A DNA stretch of 64,000 nt, taken from NCBI GenBank assembly GCA_035524795.1, contig DATKOF010000011.1:52768-116767 (forward strand). Reading direction: 5' to 3'. The notes below the pieces were generated by a model that made no database searches, had not been told where the DNA came from, and saw only the letters and a program-made list of their open reading frames with translations. Source of the DNA: Burkholderiales bacterium (GTDB lineage Bacteria; Pseudomonadota; Gammaproteobacteria; Burkholderiales; SG8-41). Positions within the stretch are counted from its first letter, which is position 1. Each line of letters opens with the position of its first letter. The position numbers and the translations under genes were made by a program. Positions 60,433-64,000 of the stretch are shown piece after piece.

Positions 60433-61728
60433 GTGAATAAAATCGGCAAATACGAAATCATCCGCGAACTCGGCAAGGGCGCGACCAGCGCCGTCTATGA
60501 GGCGCTCGATCCGTTCGTCAACCGGCACGTTGCGGTCAAGGTCGTGTTCGCCGACGCCCTCAGCAACAAGGAGCACGGACGGCGTTACCGCAAGCTGTTC
60601 CTGACCGAGGCGTCGCTGGCCGGAAAACTGGCGCATCCGCACATCGTCAGCATCTACGACGCCGCCGCCGACGACGAAGCCAGCTATATCGTGATGGAAT
60701 ACGTCGACGGCACCACGCTCGAGCAGCACAGCCGTCCGGAGAACCTGCTGCCGGTCAACAAGGTGATTGAAATCATCTTCAAGTGCACGAAGGCGCTCGA
60801 TTACGCGGCGAAGCACGGCGTGATCCATCGCGACATCAAGCCCGCCAACATCCTGCTGTCGGGGGAGAACGACATCAAGATATCCGATTTCGGCGCGGCG
60901 CTGACCAGCGCGACCGAAACCACCCAGGTCACCGGCATCGGTTCTCCGGCCTACATGTCGCCGGAGCAGGTCAAGGAGCAGCCGCTGACGCATCAGACCG
61001 ATATTTTCTCGCTCGGCGTCGTGCTGTATCAGATGCTGACCGGCAGACTGCCGTTCCAGGCCACCAACAACTACAGCATGGTGTATCAAATCATCAATGC
61101 GGAGCCGCCGCTGCCGAGCAGCATCCGTCATGAGATTCCGCCGCAGCTCGACGCGATCGTGATGCGCGCGCTGCAGAAGGATACCGCTGTCCGCTATCAG
61201 ACCTGGGAGGATTTCGCGCACGATCTGGTCGCGGTGTTCGGCAATCTTCAGCAACCGGAGAAAAACATACCCGACAGCGAGAAGTTCGACGTGCTGCGCA
61301 AGCTCGCTTTCTTCGGGGGATTCAGCGACACCGAGTTGTGGGAGGTGCTGCGGATCACGGCATGGAACAAGCATGCGCCGGGCACGGTGCTGATCAGGGA
61401 AGGCGACGTCGGCCAGTCGTTCTTCATCGTGGTCGACGGCGAAGTCAAGGTGACGATGCAGGACAAGCTGCTCAACCTGCTGAAGAGCGGGGATTGCTTC
61501 GGCGAGATGGCGTATCTCGGGAAAAAGCAGTTTCACCGCACCGCGAGCATCTCGGCTGCGACCGACATCACCGTGATCGAGATCAAGGCGGAGTCCCTGA
61601 ACCACGCCAGCGAAACCTGCCGCCACCATTTCAACGGCGCTTTCCTCGAAATACTGGTTGACCGGCTGTCGATGGCCAACACGCGGCTGTCGCAATTGCT
61701 CGCAGACCGCAACATCAGCGTGTTCTGA
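60433..61728 (+). CDS. cytoplasmic Ser/Thr kinase with C-terminal cyclic-nucleotide-binding domain
   Basis: LGKGATSAVY, VAVK, HRDIKPAN, DFG, GSPAYMSPE; CNB motifs IREGDVG.SFFIV..GEV, GDCFGEMAYL, RTASI. Confidence 0.92.
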   Translation: MNKIGKYEIIRELGKGATSAVYEALDPFVNRHVAVKVVFADALSNKEHGRRYRKLFLTEASLAGKLAHPHIVSIYDAAADDEASYIVMEYVDGTTLEQHSRPENLLPVNKVIEIIFKCTKALDYAAKHGVIHRDIKPANILLSGENDIKISDFGAALTSATETTQVTGIGSPAYMSPEQVKEQPLTHQTDIFSLGVVLYQMLTGRLPFQATNNYSMVYQIINAEPPLPSSIRHEIPPQLDAIVMRALQKDTAVRYQTWEDFAHDLVAVFGNLQQPEKNIPDSEKFDVLRKLAFFGGFSDTELWEVLRITAWNKHAPGTVLIREGDVGQSFFIVVDGEVKVTMQDKLLNLLKSGDCFGEMAYLGKKQFHRTASISAATDITVIEIKAESLNHASETCRHHFNGAFLEILVDRLSMANTRLSQLLADRNISVF

Positions 61729-61739
61729 GCACCGCCGGC

Positions 61740-61973
61740 ATGGACATGCAGTTCGACCGGGAACTCGACGTGCGCGGCCTCAATTGTCCGCTGCCGGTAC
61801 TGCGCGCGAAGAAATCGCTGGCCGACATGGCTTCGGGGCAGGTGCTGAAGATTGTTGCGACCGACCCGGCCGCCGAACTGGATTTCAAGGTGTTTTCGAT
61901 GCAGGCCGGACACCAGTTGCTGTCGTCGCAGACGGCGGGCGTCGAATTCGTGTTTTTTCTGAAGAGGCGCTAG
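61740..61973 (+). CDS. tusA: TusA/SirA sulfur carrier
   Basis: LDVRGLNCPLP, ATDP. Confidence 0.9.
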   Translation: MDMQFDRELDVRGLNCPLPVLRAKKSLADMASGQVLKIVATDPAAELDFKVFSMQAGHQLLSSQTAGVEFVFFLKRR

Positions 61974-61975
61974 CG

Positions 61976-64000
61976 TCAGTTCAGGCGCGCGAGTTGCGCG
62001 CGCAGTTTTTCCAGCGTCGTGCCGTATTCGGCGAGTCGCTTGCGTTCCTGCTCGACGACTTGCGGCGGCGCCCGGTCAACGAACGACGGATTGGACAGCT
62101 TTGCCATCGCCCTGCCGATCTCGCCCTCGAGGCGCGCGATTTCCTTGCTGAGGCGATTCTTCTCGGCGCTTGCATCGCCCTCGACTTTGAACGCGAACCG
62201 GACATTGCCGGAGATGCCGACGGGCGTATTGAGTCTGGAGATTTCGTCGTCGTGATTCTCGAAAACACTGGTAGACACCAGGGCGCGGTTTGCCGTCATC
62301 GCGGACGGCGGCAGACTTATCGAATAATAGACGGGTGTCTTCTTGTTCGGCGGAAGCTTCATCTCGCTCTTCAGATTTCGCGCGGCGAGGATGAGCTGCT
62401 TGGCTTCGGCGATTTCCTTTTCCGCCTCTTCATCGATTTTCTCTGGCTGGCTTTTCGGGTAGGGCGCAAGCATGATGGTGTCGCCAGACTTGCCGGCGAG
62501 CGCCTTTACGTTCTGCCATAGTTCTTCGGTAATGAACGGAATGAAGGGGTGCGCGAGGCGCAACGCGGATTCCAGCACGCGCACCAGCGTTCGTCGCGTG
62601 CCGCGCTGCTGCTTCTCGTTGCCCATCGCTAATTGTTCCTTGGCGATTTCTACATACCAGTCGCAATACTCGTCCCAGACGAAGCGATAAATCGCGGCGG
62701 CTGCGTTGTCGAAGCGGTATTCCGCGAAGCCCGTTTCCACCTCGGCCTCCGTCCGCTGCAGCGCGCTGACGATCCACCGGTCCCAGGCCGAGAGCTCGAC
62801 GGGCAGTCTTTCGTCCTGGCCGCAGTCCCTGCCCTCGGTGTTCATCAGCACGAAGCGGGTCGCATTCCACAGCTTGTTGCAGAAATTGCGGTAGCCGTCG
62901 CAGCGGCCGAGATCGAAGTTCAGCGTGCGCGAAAAGGTTGCCAGCGAGGCGAACGTGAAACGCAGCGCATCGGCGCCGAACGCCGGGATGCCGTCCGGAT
63001 AGTGGGCGCGGGCGTATTTTTCGATTTTCTCCCTGTGGCCGGCGAGCAGCAGCCCCTGCGTCGATTTTTCCAGCAGCGCTGGCAGCGTGATGCCGTCGAT
63101 CAGGTCGATCGGGTCGAGCGTGTTGCCCTTCGATTTCGACATCTTCTGGCCTTCGGCATCGCGCACGATCGCGTTGATGTAGATGTCGCGGAACGGCACT
63201 TTGCCGGTGAAGTGCAGCGTCATCATGATCATCCGCGCGACCCAGAAAAAGATGATGTCGAAGCCGGTCACCAGCACCGACGACGGCAGCCATGCTTTCA
63301 GGTCGGGCGTGTCATCCGGCCAGCCGAGCGCAGTGAACGGGATCAGCGCCGACGAGAACCAGGTGTCGAGCACATCCTCATCGCGTTGCAGATGTCCTTT
63401 ATAACCTTTCGCCGCGGCTTGCCGATGCGCATCTTGTTCGCTGCGCGCAACGTGGACATTGCCTTGATCGTCGTGCCACGCCGGAATCTGATGACCCCAC
63501 CACAGTTGGCGCGAGATGCACCAGTCCTGGATGTTTTCCAGCCACTGGTTATAGGTCGTGGTCCAGTGTTCGGGGTAGAACTTCACCTCGCCTTTGGCAA
63601 CGGCGTCGAGTCCACGCTGCGCGAGGCCGTCCATCCGGATGAACCACTGGTCGGTCAGCATCGGTTCGACGACGGTGCCGGTGCGTCCCGAGCGCGGCAC
63701 GCGCAGCCTGTAGGGCTTCTCCGAAGCGAGCAAGTCCTGCCGCTCCAAATCCGCAAGAATCTTCTTGCGAGCTTCGAAGCGGTCGAGGCCGCGGTAAGCC
63801 GCGGGCGCCTGTTCGTTGATCCTGGCGTCGAGCGTCATCACACTGATCGGCGCGAGCCCGTGGCGCCGGCCGACGGCCCAGTCATTGAAATCGTGCGCGG
63901 GCGTGATCTTGACGCAGCCGGTGCCGAATGCGGGATCGACATAATCATCGGCGATCACCGGGATCGTGCGCCCGGTCAACGGCAGCTGCACCTGTCTGCC
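61976..64000 (-). CDS. valS: valyl-tRNA synthetase (5' end outside window)
   Basis: [44 protein letters not shown]-terminal coiled coil. Confidence 0.98.
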   Translation of the reverse strand, partial: GRQVQLPLTGRTIPVIADDYVDPAFGTGCVKITPAHDFNDWAVGRRHGLAPISVMTLDARINEQAPAAYRGLDRFEARKKILADLERQDLLASEKPYRLRVPRSGRTGTVVEPMLTDQWFIRMDGLAQRGLDAVAKGEVKFYPEHWTTTYNQWLENIQDWCISRQLWWGHQIPAWHDDQGNVHVARSEQDAHRQAAAKGYKGHLQRDEDVLDTWFSSALIPFTALGWPDDTPDLKAWLPSSVLVTGFDIIFFWVARMIMMTLHFTGKVPFRDIYINAIVRDAEGQKMSKSKGNTLDPIDLIDGITLPALLEKSTQGLLLAGHREKIEKYARAHYPDGIPAFGADALRFTFASLATFSRTLNFDLGRCDGYRNFCNKLWNATRFVLMNTEGRDCGQDERLPVELSAWDRWIVSALQRTEAEVETGFAEYRFDNAAAAIYRFVWDEYCDWYVEIAKEQLAMGNEKQQRGTRRTLVRVLESALRLAHPFIPFITEELWQNVKALAGKSGDTIMLAPYPKSQPEKIDEEAEKEIAEAKQLILAARNLKSEMKLPPNKKTPVYYSISLPPSAMTANRALVSTSVFENHDDEISRLNTPVGISGNVRFAFKVEGDASAEKNRLSKEIARLEGEIGRAMAKLSNPSFVDRAPPQVVEQERKRLAEYGTTLEKLRAQLARLN

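Overview
High-GC betaproteobacterial chromosome segment (Rhodocyclales/Nitrosomonadales/Burkholderiales-like, inferred from gene content and order). Most of it is housekeeping: mlaF-like ABC ATPase, hisGDCBHAFIE, tatABC, degS/Q, sspAB, tRNA-Thr(TGT), lytic transglycosylase, phaM-like, pip, class I fumarase, orn, pgi, thiolase, ArnT-like glycosyltransferase plus KdoO, rpmE-rho-trxA, fdxA-addB-addA, class II RNR, sucCD, bepA, tusA and a partial valS. The standout is a co-oriented ~12.4 kb signalling cluster (45243-57639): CHASE2-TPR-Ser/Thr kinase, PP2C phosphatase, double-FHA protein, CHASE2 class III adenylyl cyclase, class II cNMP phosphodiesterase, a GAF-fused PilB/GspE ATPase, a GAF-HD-GYP protein and a sigma54-driven type IVa pilin with a 15-Ser tail. 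A kinase with a cNMP-binding domain lies 2.8 kb further on. Together these look like a self-contained cAMP/phospho-Thr circuit wired to a pilus motor (inference). Other notable items: a 273-bp MITE inside that cluster, an anti-Shine-Dalgarno (CUCCUCC) sRNA upstream of sucC, a CHRD-OmpA lipoprotein, a fumarase with altered active-site-adjacent motifs and a probable His/Cys-ligated cytochrome c. No CRISPR array, integrase or transposase was seen. All calls come from motif recognition; no database searches were run.
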